DNA from: Auanema rhodensis
Taxonomy: Eukaryota; Animalia; Nematoda
Assembly (NCBI GenBank): GCA_964057225.1
Contig: OZ059897.1
Location: 12,400,001 to 12,464,000 of the forward strand
Reading direction: 5' to 3'
DNA length: 64,000 nucleotides
The notes under the pieces: generated by a model
Told to the model about the DNA's origin: nothing
The model's input: only the letters and a program-made list of their open reading frames with translations
Database searches by the model: none
Shown here: piece after piece, positions 27,301 to 40,761 of the stretch
Position numbering within the stretch: position 1 is the first letter of the stretch
How the letters are laid out: each line of letters starts with the position of its first letter
Made by a program: the position numbers and the translations under genes

Positions 27301-30300
27301 TTTTTCAAAATAAGACTAATTAAATTTTAAAACCACCTCTCTATAAGAATAGCACAATAATAATCTTCAGAATTGGAAGTAGTAGAATAATATGCTTTAC
27401 CATCACTACCTTCAAAATCACCATCTTCTGTAGCGTAGCCTGACATAGCACAAGCAAAGACTGGATGACTTCATAGCATCGACTTTTCTTTAAGCTATTT
27501 GAGACATCCCATCTGTCAAATGGGATCAAAAGCACAATACTACATATGCTATCTCAAGTTATATCAAACATATTGAACACAAGCTCAAAATGTGCTTCGA
27601 TTGAAACAAAAAATATTTTTTAAACCAAGCCTTACCTATCGTCGTCATCAGAAAAAAGCCGATGATCGCTCTCTGATCCTAAAGTAGTATCTTCAAACTT
27701 CCTTCCACGATGTCCTGAAAAAAAGTATATAGAAACTATATTAAAACTAAATTTAGATTGGCATGTGTGCTCACCAATCAAATAGAATGACGCGTTGCCG
27801 CTTAATTCGCTTGTTAAGGATAAATGACTTGTTCTATGTAAAAAGCCAATTAAGTGTCTCCGTGGAGTTGCATCTGGAGCGGTGTCCTTCTGACCTTGAT
27901 ATGTGCTCGTCGTATGACTGCCCATATATCGTCGAGGAGTTCGCCGATTTTTTGGTTTGCTCTCCTCAACACCGTCAGCTCCATTCTCATACAGAGGAGG
28001 CAGTATTTTACTCTCTATCATTGTCATAGTCCGACTCAGAGGTCTCGACGGTGTGGACATTATCATCCTACGCTCAGATCGCATCAATGGGACAGCACCA
28101 AACGCACTATGTGGCCGTCCGTCGGAATCCGAGGAAGGAGCAGGTGACACTTTTCGCTGAACGACCAACGATGGAATTGAACGATCGCTTTTACGATGAG
28201 GTAGAGGTCGAAGAGCCAGACGATCTTCCTCTTTCTGTAGAAGTCGATTATTTGGCGAGAGATCAATGAGAGTCGAACGTGTGCAGGTCGGAGTTGGCTT
28301 CACATCTGAGCCTTCAGAGGACGAAGGTTTGTCCCATAGTCCAATGAACAGCCGCTTATTCTTCCGAGGCTCAGAAGTGATTTCGCCCTCAGATTGTCGT
28401 TTTTTTAAACGTATGGCTAGTCCAAGAGATAATAAATGTGAAGATGTTCTCCGCAGTTTCGATTCAGTAGAACTGCGTTCTAACTGTCGTTCACGCATTA
28501 CTATAGGATCCCCTGCTGCTGCACCACCAGTTACTGCGACAACTTTAGGTTCATTACTCTTCTTGATTTCTTCTTCTTTTTTATGTGAAGAGAAAAAATT
28601 GTGTAAAAACTTGGCACTAGTCACACTGCCCATATATTTTCTTCGCGCAGGCTTTTTAAAGTCATCGTCAATACTCTCGGGCTCGGCTAAGGGTGGCTTT
28701 TTACTACAGCTCCATGTGGGAGTGGTCATCTTAAATATCAACATTCAATGAAAAAACACAGATAACGCGATGGAATGATATTTCAGAATAGAATGAATCG
28801 ATGAAAACTTCTATCATAAATCAGTCAGTACCAGCTGCGTCGACCGCAATTGTGCAATCATGAGGTTAACTTAACAGAGAAGCACAAAAAAAATAAAAAT
28901 ATGATATGATATGCTTCAGAATTAAAAATATAGAAACGAATAACTGAAGAATAAGGATGAATGGAATGAGATTTGTAGGAAAGCGAGCAAATAAAATTGC
29001 AAATAAAATAAAAGAGATTGCGCATTGAGACAGTTCGCCTCAGTGAATCAAGAGTTAGGATTAGATCATTTAAGAACAAACAAAAACCTAGTTTCTTAAA
29101 TTATAATGACATCCACAGCTTGAACATGACCGTGTCTTGTAAGAACCTCAACTGGCAATGATAGGATTATTTGATTCGTGATGAGGAGAAAAAACAGTTA
29201 CACATGGTACTTGAAGATAAGTAAGAGTAAATATGTGCATGAGCTAGATCATTCAATAATGTCTGGCAAGTAAAAGTACAGATAAAACAAAAAGAGGAAT
29301 TACTAAATGAATTAACAGGATGAAACTGAATTACAGAATAAGTTGGAAACAGTTTAAAGTTCAGTCATGAACTTCAAAATTTTCTCGTGGTAACACTTCG
29401 GTCAAAGAGAGACAACCAAATGAATCTCGAGAAGAACCTCAAGAGTGAGAACACGGAGTAATGCAGATTTGAAGTTAAACAGTCAATGGAGATAATCTCG
29501 AGTGCGACTGGTTGAAAGCCCGCAAACAGCAAAGCTCAAAGCATATAAAAAAATCATTTTCTACAGTCCAACAGGATACCGTAAATTGAACCTTAATTTT
29601 ATCCATGTAAATATTTCAATGACGTATAAATTCCTCAGAAAGAATAAATATTAAAAAACTGGTACTATTTGAATGATGATGTTGATAAAATAGATCGAGG
29701 ATAAGAGATGATAGAGAAATTAATCTTCTTTTTTATAGCAAAATTTTAGAAAAAAAATAGAAGAATAGGCATCGACATATGAGATTTAACGTAATGAAGC
29801 CAACGGAAATAAACTCAATAGCTGCCAGTGAAAGAAAGTGCACTGGCGCAGAGCCATCAAGCAGTGAAACGACCATTAATCGAGATGAAGAGAACCTCCT
29901 GAGCAGATCAAGACAACGGATAGACAATTGGCACACATTCATCCTTTTCTCTCGTAGTAGCACATCATCTATCATAGCTAATCAGTTCCCCCAAATAAAC
30001 ACATTTCAGGTTTAATACTTCCAGGGAAGAGATTTTACAAACCAATATATCAGAGATATTCTTCAATTCCTCAACCCATACATGTTATATGTCGTAATAT
30101 TACTATTGTTTTGATTTTAGTGAGCACACCTTCTAATCAGATTGTAACTAAACTAACCATGCATATACGATTGAGGAATATGTCTTCTATTCATTCCACC
30201 TTTCATATAGTGAGGAATAGCACCAGAAATCATAGATTCGGAATCTGTGCTCATCACTGAAATAACGTTGAATTTTACGATGAATAGATAATGCATGTAT

Positions 30301-32052
30301 TTTTATTGGAATATAAAAACATACTGCTGTTATCAAATTGATGGGCTGCTTGTCTATATATGTGTTGGTTTGTATTGTATCGCGAATGAGGAGCTGGACC
30401 AGGTACCTATCAAAATATATTGTTTTCATGAAAATAATAATTGATTCACTTACAAGATTATGTCTTGAGCCTTTTGGAAGACCACTACTTCCATCGGAAG
30501 TTGTAGAGCCCTCGGTAGTTAATAAGAAAAGCTCAAAACGGCCATTAGCTGATCTTTGTAATGGTTGCATATCGTCCCGAATTTCCGCTTTAACTTCACT
30601 AAAAATATTACTTTAGATTGTTTTAATTATGGGAAAACTGACTATCCAGAATCAGGGTCAACGGTTTTGGAATAATACTTGAAATTTGAACGCATTAAAA
30701 CTCTTTTAACATCTCCTAATGTTATCAAATCAGGAGAAAGGTGAACTTCTGTCATATACGGAGTAAGCTCATCATCAATATGATAATAAACCTGCAAAGC
30801 AATAGAACTCCAATTGAACAAATTGGTAATAGTACCTTCGTCACTACAGGAAACTGCTGGTTTACTGTTGTGGTTTGAGTTTCTGAAGTCTGAGACAAAG
30901 CTCCGTCCGACATATCAGAGAGCCCTGTAGCGCCTAAAATTATTAAACTTTAAGACAGGAATAAAAGAATAAATATATAAAATGTTAGAGACAAGAGTAC
31001 AAGGGAGCATACACAGCTTAATGGAAAAACCAAAATCTTTCTTTGCCCTCGAGAAAAGTTAAAATTCCCGAGGGTAAAGAGAGAGACCGACATTGGCGAA
31101 TAGTGAGGGCGTTTTGTGCAATCAATCAATAACCTTCATTAGAACACAAATATTTATACATATTTTAATGAACATGTATTTTTATTTATCGAAAAAAAAA
31201 ATTGTTGATAAACAAATATCTGAGCATAACTTTAATTACCTTGAGACTCAATTTTATTTTCTATTATAATCCAAAACTGATAGCCCCAAAATATTATTTA
31301 AAATCTAAGATATTCAAAAAGTTGCACTTAGGATGCTTCGTTAAGTGTTTTCCACTAAGAAGAAAGTATTACGCACTTCATCAGATTCGTTAGTCACTAT
31401 TCAATCTCTATTATGACGAGTATGTTATGGCAACCTAATCTTAATTGTTCAGATTCTTGCGTGGGATAATGAAGCAATTTCGCATAAATCAAGAAAATTG
31501 TGAACAAGTGTTAATATCCGTAAGGTAAAATACTCTGAGAATAAAAACATGTTTGAATAACTGAGAAGGTTATGAAATTAATGTTTTTAAAAATAATATG
31601 AATCAGAGATTTAATTCTCCATAATTGCATATAAGGAAAAATCAGCGTGAATGATAATGAAGATGAATTTGTCTCCCACATAGATAGTAGTATGAATAGA
31701 TTGATATGTAGATTGAAGTTGATTCAAAAATAGGCGTTAAAATAGTTAAATAACACAAAACAGAGAAAGCAAGATGATACCAAGCGTTTTTCAATGAAGC
31801 AAAAATTTGGAACAAACACAAAGCTCTTCAACCAGCTGCGTTCACTTCATTAGAAACACTTGTATCATATGATTTAAGAAGCAAACAATGAAGACATCAC
31901 ATACCATCATGATCTCGGAGAGCTTCTTCGAAGTCCGTACTATCAACGGTATCATTCAAACTGGTATTTCTAACTCCAGCTATTACAGTACTAAGTGTCG
32001 CATCTGAAGAGTCCAGGTTATCATCAGCCCCGTCAGGACTGGGAGATGCCAT
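24354..32052 (-). CDS. dsh-1: Dishevelled (DIX-PDZ-DEP), dsh-1-like
   Basis: 17 exons. DIX ([14 protein letters not shown]...ITLGDVK...EVKAEIRDD), basic/SSFSSITESSMSL linker, PDZ ([10 protein letters not shown]...[20 protein letters not shown]), DEP ([31 protein letters not shown]) and C-terminal [20 protein letters not shown]. The family is certain; the dsh-1 paralogue call is inferred from the DIX-less alternative start. Confidence 0.95.
27775..28729 (-). CDS. Alternative first coding exon of Dishevelled (318 aa, Ser/Pro/Arg-rich; gives a DIX-less isoform)
   Basis: 955-nt GC-rich open exon. ATG is immediately preceded by TTTAAG. It ends at a phase-1 G|GTGAGC donor compatible with the shared exon starting at 27715. 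Confidence 0.8.
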
Positions 32053-32054
32053 TT

Positions 32055-32060
32055 CTGAAA
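32055..32060 (-). promoter_or_regulatory. Probable SL trans-splice acceptor (TTTCAG) of dsh
   Basis: TTTTTTCAG 2 nt upstream of the ATG with no upstream coding exon identified. The same arrangement occurs at 10647-10652 and 39013-39018. Confidence 0.6.
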
Positions 32061-35000
32061 AAATAAAATTTTAGTTGTTGCCCGGATTTACAGGTAGGTA
32101 CAAGTGGACAAAAGAAAAGAGTTACAAGTGAATTTGAAAAAGCTTCGCCGCAGATATGTGATAAGTAAATATAATTTTGCCGTAACTACTCCAAAAACTT
32201 AACATGGATTTAATCAAACAATAGAACAAAAAACTGTATGGTTTTGAAAACGTTCTCAAGGAAAAAAAGCTAGACAGTACAAGAAAATAATGGACGAAAC
32301 AATAAAATTGAAATGAATGAAAAAAAGCTTAATGAAATGAGTATTGCAATATATATAAATATATATTCTTACATATATGGAGAGAAGAAAGACAAACTTG
32401 CTACTCTAGAAGTATTGTAAATGAAGCGTGGCAGAACGCTAGAGAAATGGTAATGAGATGGGTCGAACTGACCGGGTGGGGTAGCAATGGACGCTGCCTG
32501 CCATCGATCAATAATCCTCCATTTCCCGCTTGCACATTATGCAACGCAGTACCACAAACCATATGTTACCCATACAAGAGAAGCAATTTAATGAGATATG
32601 TATATATGCTCAGTAAGCTGGATAACAGTTGAGTAATTCATTAGCTTAATATCGAATTTAAGTTTCTATATATACATACTTTCTGTATCTATTACAACAA
32701 AGACATGCGTTTTCGAGAACCACTGGATTGATGCTTCATCAAATTTGTGATATCGATTGCATTGTACACAAGTATGTTTGAAAATAGAAAACTTTTTTAA
32801 CAAGCACAAGAAGACTAGTAAGCAAGAATTACTTTCATAATTTCAAAAACTGATCATTAGGAATAAATTCATTAATATTTAGAAATCAATATATTAAAAA
32901 TTGTGAAGGAAAACATGAGTGATCCTATATGATTTTTCCAAATTTGAAGCAGGAAAGAAAGAAACTTAATAGATATAACTTACACGGAAGAATTAATTGA
33001 GCGTTCCCTTGTTTTTAAAGAAGATTAGCGAAAGGTCATTAGTTTCGTTTTAGAGCACGTTTATAAAGACAATAACATAATAGATCCAACAATAAAATTG
33101 AGTTATAGCGTTAAATAGGCAACAAATATCGAAAGTAGTTTTAATCAAAACTACTAATTGATAGTTAAATATTGAATAGTAATAACGAAAAATTTAGCAC
33201 AAGTAACAAAGTATATGATTGCAGATACAATGAACTATTGGATATTATCGCATTATTCAAAATAAAGTTATGACGCTGACATGTATTAGTTCACGGAATA
33301 ATTTTATTTAAAATGTTAAGTCTACAAAAATAGATATGAATATAACAATTGTATTATTCAAAACTTATACATTTTCACTATCTATAACCATAGCACGAAA
33401 TGTGACCTGTGTAACCTCTGTCGCTTTTTCATTCACTCGATCCCTCGATCTTTGTCCAAGATATTTTCTATTCACCGATTTGTTTTCTGTTCTGTTAAAT
33501 AATATATGTATTGATCCAGTGATACTGATTAATTACTTTTTTTTTTTCAATTTTTAATACAGCAATTAGAAATCCTTCCATTTTGATAAAAATTTCACTT
33601 TGCTTTGTAAATGTGTCAATTAGAATATCAATCACAATTTTGTTGAATATAATACAAAGAATAGTTTAACGAAACCCTTCAATGTCCGTTTTGTTTTCGT
33701 TTATCTACTTATATTATTTACGGCTTCATTTGCTATTCAGTTTTTGTACATTGAAATTTAATTTGATATTAATCTCTTTTTTTGTTCACACCCTCTTCAA
33801 CGACTTTACTTTTCTCGTATACACACTAAGAGTGCTTTTTAAAATTTTACATATACAACTCTGTAGTTTTCTTTTGTTCTTCACTTTGGTAGGTTGTTAA
33901 TCTACGTTTTCATTTTCCCTCTTTCTCTCTCATTCTATTTCTCTCCCTTTATGTCTCTCTTACTCTCTCTTCTGCACAAACACACACTGAATGTTATCCT
34001 TTTTACTCCTAATATCTCACTTTTTTTTCGTTTTTATACTATTGCTCTCTCATTTTACTCTTTGCCTCTTATGTTTTCGACTGTTCTACAAAGCTCTCAT
34101 CTCTCATTACGTTATTAAAGATTTTTCTCATTCAAAAATCTTTTGAATATCAAGCGAATATATACTGGCTATTTTTCGTTTTCACTCAAGTCTCCTCCCG
34201 GCTAAATACTCGCCTGCCAGACAACTAGCCAGGGTGTTCCGTTTTCTCTTTTCTTTTTTTTTTCAATCATTAGATCATTTGTATATACCTTTCTGAGTAG
34301 AATTCAAGACTCAAAACATTTCACTCAAAACTTGTTTCTTTTTTATTTTTGGTGTTTACATCGTTTCTATCATATTCATCTGTTCTTCTTTCTAGATCAC
34401 CCTTTCACTCAAACTTTATAATAAATCTAAACATTCTAAATGCATTGCTTTCTAGGTTTTTAATCATGTCTTAATTCTCATTCTAGCGTGATTTTTCCTT
34501 GATTACCGTGTTTTTTCCCTAGTATTCTCACGCTTTCTTCACTTTCTTCACTAGTATTGCTCTTTTCTAAAGTAAGGATATTCCTGTGCCCCAGTTATAC
34601 TTATTATGATTCTTTCAGCAGATTTCCATTTCTATTATTAACGTTTAGAATAGAAACTTCCTTATTCTGTAAGGATGCATTTTTGAATTTAGCCTGAATG
34701 AAAGTATGAGTATGCGAATTCACTATTGAAAGCCTGACTATCATCGGTGACTCCTGCAGTTGATTTATTCAGCTTATGGGATACATACATCTTCACATCT
34801 CCTTATACGCTTTACTTACTTTTCTATTTTATTCTATTTTCTTCTTCACGACACTGAAAGCAGCTTTTTCTTCTGAATAGAATTGATTGACCAACTGAAT
34901 CATTAGGTTCACATATGCAATGAAACACGATTGATGAAACAACTTAACTAGCTATCCTGCACATTTTTAGTTTTTCTGCCCATGTATTGAGCTCAGTAAA

Positions 35001-38000
35001 CGTTTACATATCCCCAGCTATCAGATAATCCATTTTTATTGAATTTGTAGTTATTTGTGTTTTTTCTGCAACTGTTGTGCTCCTTTTGTTGAAAATTGTT
35101 TCAAATGTCATTTAAAGTTTGCTGGATAAACAATGCAGTATAAAGATCTCGAATTTCTGAACATTTAATGAAAACTTTTTTAATTTTCTTATTCTAAATT
35201 TATAAAATATTTGTGCACATCCATATCTATATGTGTATAAATTTGTGAAGTTTTGGTGGTGTAAGCCGAAACTAACTTAAATTGAATCCACGCTTTGGGT
35301 CTAAGTGCTGTTATTCTTGTCGTATTTGGGAGGATTGAACTTGGAAAGAAAGTTGTTAATCGATGTTCATGTTGCTATCCGGATAAAGAAGAATTGTCGT
35401 TTTGTTTCCACGAGTAAACAGCTGACTTAAATGCTTCCTGGTTCATCCTTTCCCATTTTGACTTCTTTGATTCCGACTGCCTTCACATCCTACGACCTTT
35501 GAGAAGTGTATTTGAACACTACTGCACCACTTAGAATTAAAGAAATTCAATATACTAGCTTAAGAATTAATTCTTAATCTTCTTTAAATTCTTTCAATCG
35601 TTAAATTTTTTAAAATTATTAAGTTACTACAAGGATTATTTTATATATTTCTGACAACATGTATGAATGTATGTGAACAACTACATCTTAAAATTCGATT
35701 CATTATCCAATTCTCAAAATGGAAGAAATTTCCCAGAAAAATCAACGGGAAATCACTTTACTATATGCATACGAATGCTTACTAATACTTATTTTTATCA
35801 CACCTAAAAACTTGATTTTATATTGTTTTGAATTTTCCTCTAAAAACGTGTTCATCAAGAATAATCAGTTAGATTGTATCGTTTTATTTGTTTTATTTTA
35901 TACTTTATAAGAATGATACTTATTAGAAATGAATCTCCAAAATTAAGAAACGTGAATGAGTGGGTGGTCAGTTTGGAGCACGAAGGAATGAAAAATGAGA
36001 GAAAGGGAAAAAGAAAGAGAGATGGTAGATGGTAGATGAAGAGAGGGAGACGAACCACATGGATGACGACATTTCGTCGTCATCAAGCTCAACGCCGCTA
36101 ATGTCGTCGCCTATGCTATTACCACCTAATCTCGAAACCTTCTTAATCGTTGTCACAATGTTCAGTTTAAAGGCAGATTTGAAGAAAAAAATGTGGAAAG
36201 GAACTCAAACTGATTAAGCTTCAGAATCACTTTCGAATCATAAATTTAGCATGAGCGTGAGAGTTGCAACACATGTGTATATGGATTATTATTGTTTTAT
36301 AACTTGACTATATTTATATTTTATATTATTTAGAGATAACAATTTCGTTTATAATAATATTTAATAATATTTTGAAACAAATTAATTTATTTTATTTAAC
36401 CTTTTCTTCAATATTCAATAACATTACAAAATTTTATGTGTCGACACTTGCTCAATAGAAGTTGATGACTATGCAAGTTTTCTTTTTCGCAAAATCTTTA
36501 AACACAGAAGAAGAAGAAGAACACGAAATATAACTCTTCATTATTTTCAGTGTTTGTACTATTGACTTCAAAATCTTTTTCTTTGTTTCATATGTTTTGT
36601 CTTCAATAAGATTACTATTATATTAAAGTTTATTAATATACATAAATATAATAGACATGTATATATGTATATGTACATATATAAATATATACATATAGAT
36701 TTATTTATTATATTTATGTTTATATGTATATTTTTATCAACAAAAAAAATTGTAACTTCAAATGAAATATGTATGTTGTTCATTTCTTTTGTTAATAGTT
36801 GTCTCTTTTAACGTAATATCTCTTCCTTCCCACTTATGTGTATACATATACATACATGTACGTACATGTATGTATATGTATCCCTTCTTCTTTTTATCCC
36901 TTCACCATCTATTCTGTCCTTTTTTAGTGTAATATTCATTTTTTCGTCCAATAATTTTCTATTAATAGAAATCATTATTTGTCTTACATATTCAAACGAT
37001 TTCCGAGAAGAACAACATAACACACACGTTTTATGAGAAACTTAATGAACTTAAGCTTGATCCGTCTTTTTTGAAATCTATATTAGGAATGTTTCCTTAT
37101 TCCAAATACATACATACATACATTATACATATGTATATTTAATACAAAGAACAGAAAATGTTTTATATTTTTCATGAGCTAGTGTTGTTCTCTGTCAGCT
37201 TTTTCATATCTTGATTAGTTTTTTAGACTCCTTTTTGAGCAAATTAGTTTGTATATAGCCAAACACAATTATCCATGTATAGCTTACTATTTTCTAATTT
37301 TTGTTTCAAACCTAAACTATTTTTCAAATGATCAAAGTTTTTATTTCTTATATTTATTCTTGATGTTAGGATTTGATTGAATTCTTAAGCAGGGTAATAA
37401 TATGGATTTTTAGGCTTTATTAACCACATATTTCAAAATTTTGATTGTTCATCGTTGTTTCTACCCATATGTCACACGACTACAAATTTCTTTGATCTTT
37501 ACTATTATTGTCTTCAATTTTATTTTTTTCGAAGAATTCGTGATTTCACATCTTACACGTGGATTCATTTTCCTTTACATGCATTTCCTCCTTGATTCCT
37601 TTTCCTAATTCACTCAAATAGTGTTCGCAACTCTCAATATATCACATATATTCATTTTTTTATTTTTTGTTTTTATTCTCTTTTCTCGATAATCCTTTTA
37701 ATTTGTTCAATTTTTTCTGCCCAGTTTAGTTATTTACTTTCATAGTCTGTCGGTTTTTTTGTCTATTTTTTTCATATTATTGTACTATCAGGCATATATG
37801 TGCATGGTAGCGTCAACACACGTAACTCACCCTCTGCATCTGAATATACTGAATACTTTTTGAACTTATACAACATTTCTTCTTGCCAGCCGGAAGTTTT
37901 CCTGAATAGTGAATATGTAACCGAGTCTCCATGCCATTTTAAACCTAATTTCATGCTTCATAAATACTTTCCCAAGTACCTACTTTTCTAATTCTAAGTA

Positions 38001-39027
38001 TAATTTCAAGTTCGTTTATTCAAATTTCGCAAATTATTTAAGTAATTTTAATAATTATATTTCTTTTTTTCTGTTATATCTCTTTGGAAACTTAAAAATC
38101 AATAGTTAGTATTGTATAGTTTTTTTTGCATATGTAATAAACTACATCAGATATTGTTTTTTAAACTTTCACAGTTTTCAAATTAAAATTAAAGATTAAT
38201 TGTTTTTCCTTCCAATATTTGATATACACTCTCAAATTCTGTTCATATTCGTATTAGTATTGCATCCTTTCAGGCTAACTCTCAAATATTTACAACATTT
38301 CCATACTCATCTATCATCCTCTTTTCATGGCTGATCTTTGACTTAGACACTTTTTCTTTGATAACGCTTAGGTGATTTTTTCATAAATTCTATTGGTTAT
38401 TCTAACAGCAGATACCATATTGCTATGTATGCCATTCACTAAAGATATCAGTAATTCAAGCTCTTTTCTTCTCCAAAAGACGAATAAGTACACTTCAATC
38501 GAACTTGCTTTCCTCAAAAAAAATGAGAACTAAGTTAAAGAAGCAGAAGTTGGATAAGAAAATAGGGATGAGCGCAAGACCAAACAGCATGTTAGCTAGA
38601 CCAAGCCTTTTTATGTCATTAAGCAATAGTTCACTACAAAGAATAATTTATTTGGGGATAACACATAATTTGTTTTATGTATAAAGAACTGACTTTTTCT
38701 TCGAAAATTTCAAATTATGTTGTTGATTTGTACTTATCTTCAAATTTTCTACTATTTTTTTTTGTTTCTTCCATGATTATTTCGTTTTGTCATGCTCCTA
38801 TTATCAATGAATTAACTGGAATAATTTGTGCAGAATTCATTCAAAAAATAAAACATACCATTCAAAAGTAAATATTAATTTAGAACTATTACCTAGCTTC
38901 ACCGAACAAACATTGAATATTCAAAAATTTTTAATTAGTGTACTATTATATAATTGAATTTAGTCTATTCATTATCTAATTTTAATTTTCATCGCTCATT
39001 GATCATTCATGTTTTCAGAAAAATCTC

Positions 39028-40656
39028 ATGATGGATGGAGACAATAGCTTTATCCATGTCGCCGAGGTATTGTTATTCAGCTTCCTAGTTACCCATCTAA
39101 ATACTATATTTTTAAAATTTTCTTGAATATTTATTACTTATGTATACATATATAATATTTCAGTCTTTCATTTCGAGATCTGTATCCATAAAGAATAATA
39201 GTATGGAGGATTGCCAAATTGCTTTCGGTACATCTCGACAGCCTATTATGCAGGTTTGAAAAATACAAAAATACAGTTTTCGGAAATCTGTAAGATATTC
39301 AGGCTATACGAGTAGCTCATTTATTCAGTGGATTAATTGGATTATTGGTTTCAACCATTTTTATCGCTGTTTTATCATCTAGATCATCTCGAAACATTCA
39401 TGTAAATATGCGCCTTTCTTTGGTCAGTATGGCAGTTGCTGCTTGGATAGCCTGTTTTCAACTTAGCTTTATTGCTTCTTACAAGTAAGAAACTATATTA
39501 AGATGGTGTTTTATTCATAACATTTAGCTTAATTAATTTATTGTCTAACAATGAGCCTTGTTCTGCACTAACTGATGCTCATTGGTGTGCTACAGCTAGG
39601 TAAACTTTATTTTAATTTATAACAAATATTTTTTTACAATTATAAATATTTTAGGTACCCAATAGTTCTCGCTATTTATTCTACATTAATTGCAATAATA
39701 GTAATTGCTATTGAAAGAACGATTGCTACTATCAAGTATAGAACCTATGAAGTTCACGGATCACGTTGTGTTGCTATTTCTTTAATATCTGCTCAAGTAT
39801 AACATTTTTTTCTTCTTATTCTTATTATTCCAATGATTTTTAGTGGTTTATTTCAATTTTTCTGGCCTCGAGCAGCACATATGCTCGCACAGATTCAGGA
39901 TATCTACATCATTGTTCAGTTTATGTTTCACATCCCAAATCTGCAGTGAGTAAACTAAGTTCGTACCCCTTAAGATTCAACACTTCCAGGTTATTTCTCT
40001 TTCCATGATGTTTGCTCTTGAAGTCCTCACTTTGTTATTTCTTGTAATGTTACAACACCGTAATGAACAAAAACAAATTAAAGAATTTGTTAATAATGCC
40101 ATGCACACTCTAACTGAGAGATACCAATTACAGGTTTTATTTCAAAACTCATAATTTTATCATATCGTATTGCAGGAAAATGTGAAAATCATGCGTGTAA
40201 TTATACCATCTGTGGCTGTTCATACAGTCTTAAGTTTATTTGGAGTTATTTCAATGTTAATATTCACATTATTGACTGGGTTTGTTCAACTTTTATTAAT
40301 ATAAGCCATTTAAATTTAAGGCCAGATGAGTACAAAATGTCCGCCAAATTCGCCCCATTCTCGGAAACTGTCTTATTAGTTGTTCCGTTACATGCTGTTG
40401 TCTTTCCGTTAGTAGCTATATCTAAAAACAAACAGCTAAGACATGCTACAGGGTAACTTGAGCTTATGAAAAATAATCAAATTTTTCTTGTAGAAGAGTG
40501 TTGCCGTGGTTGTTTCCCGATAATAAAAGAAGAAATCCAGTGGAATTATCAGAAAGTTCACCCGAATCAGGACCACTTACATCAAGATTTAGCACACAAG
40601 TGGATAGAGATGGAGATGTTCATTTTACAATGCTTAATGAAATGTGGAAGAAATAA
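39028..40656 (+). CDS. Serpentine chemoreceptor-type GPCR, sra/srab class (srab-14-like)
   Basis: 10 exons, seven hydrophobic segments. Motifs IHVNMR, IAIERTIATIKYRTYE, HTLTERYQLQENVK and C-terminal HFTMLNEMW are typical of the Sra superfamily. Confidence 0.9.
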
Positions 40657-40761
40657 AATATTTTTTGAGAAACTGATAACAGAACAAATTTGAATAACGA
40701 GTAACAACAGATAACAGAGAATTGCAACAATACGGTTGAAATTGGAATAAATTGTATAGTA

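Noticed and set aside
27763-28751. Several + strand ORFs up to 161 aa
   Set aside because: Antisense shadows of the GC-rich dsh alternative exon.
33336-34118. Hydrophobic F/L/I-rich ORFs (also 6723-6989, 9301-10028, 36568-37036, 50665-51182)
   Set aside because: Translation artefacts of T-rich or A-rich non-coding DNA, many starting at TTG/GTG.
35245-35532. RNase P/MRP-like pairing on the minus strand (agtcggaa / tttcggctta, with gtggtg/caccac ends)
   Set aside because: Lacks the GAAnGuC CR-I spacing and the ACnnAA CR-V signature. Only an Infernal hit would revive it.
36062-36084. Perfect 9-bp hairpin gatgacgac/gtcgtcatc and surrounding short ORFs
   Set aside because: Built from low-complexity GAC/GAT triplets; too short to call, and the ORFs have no splice support.
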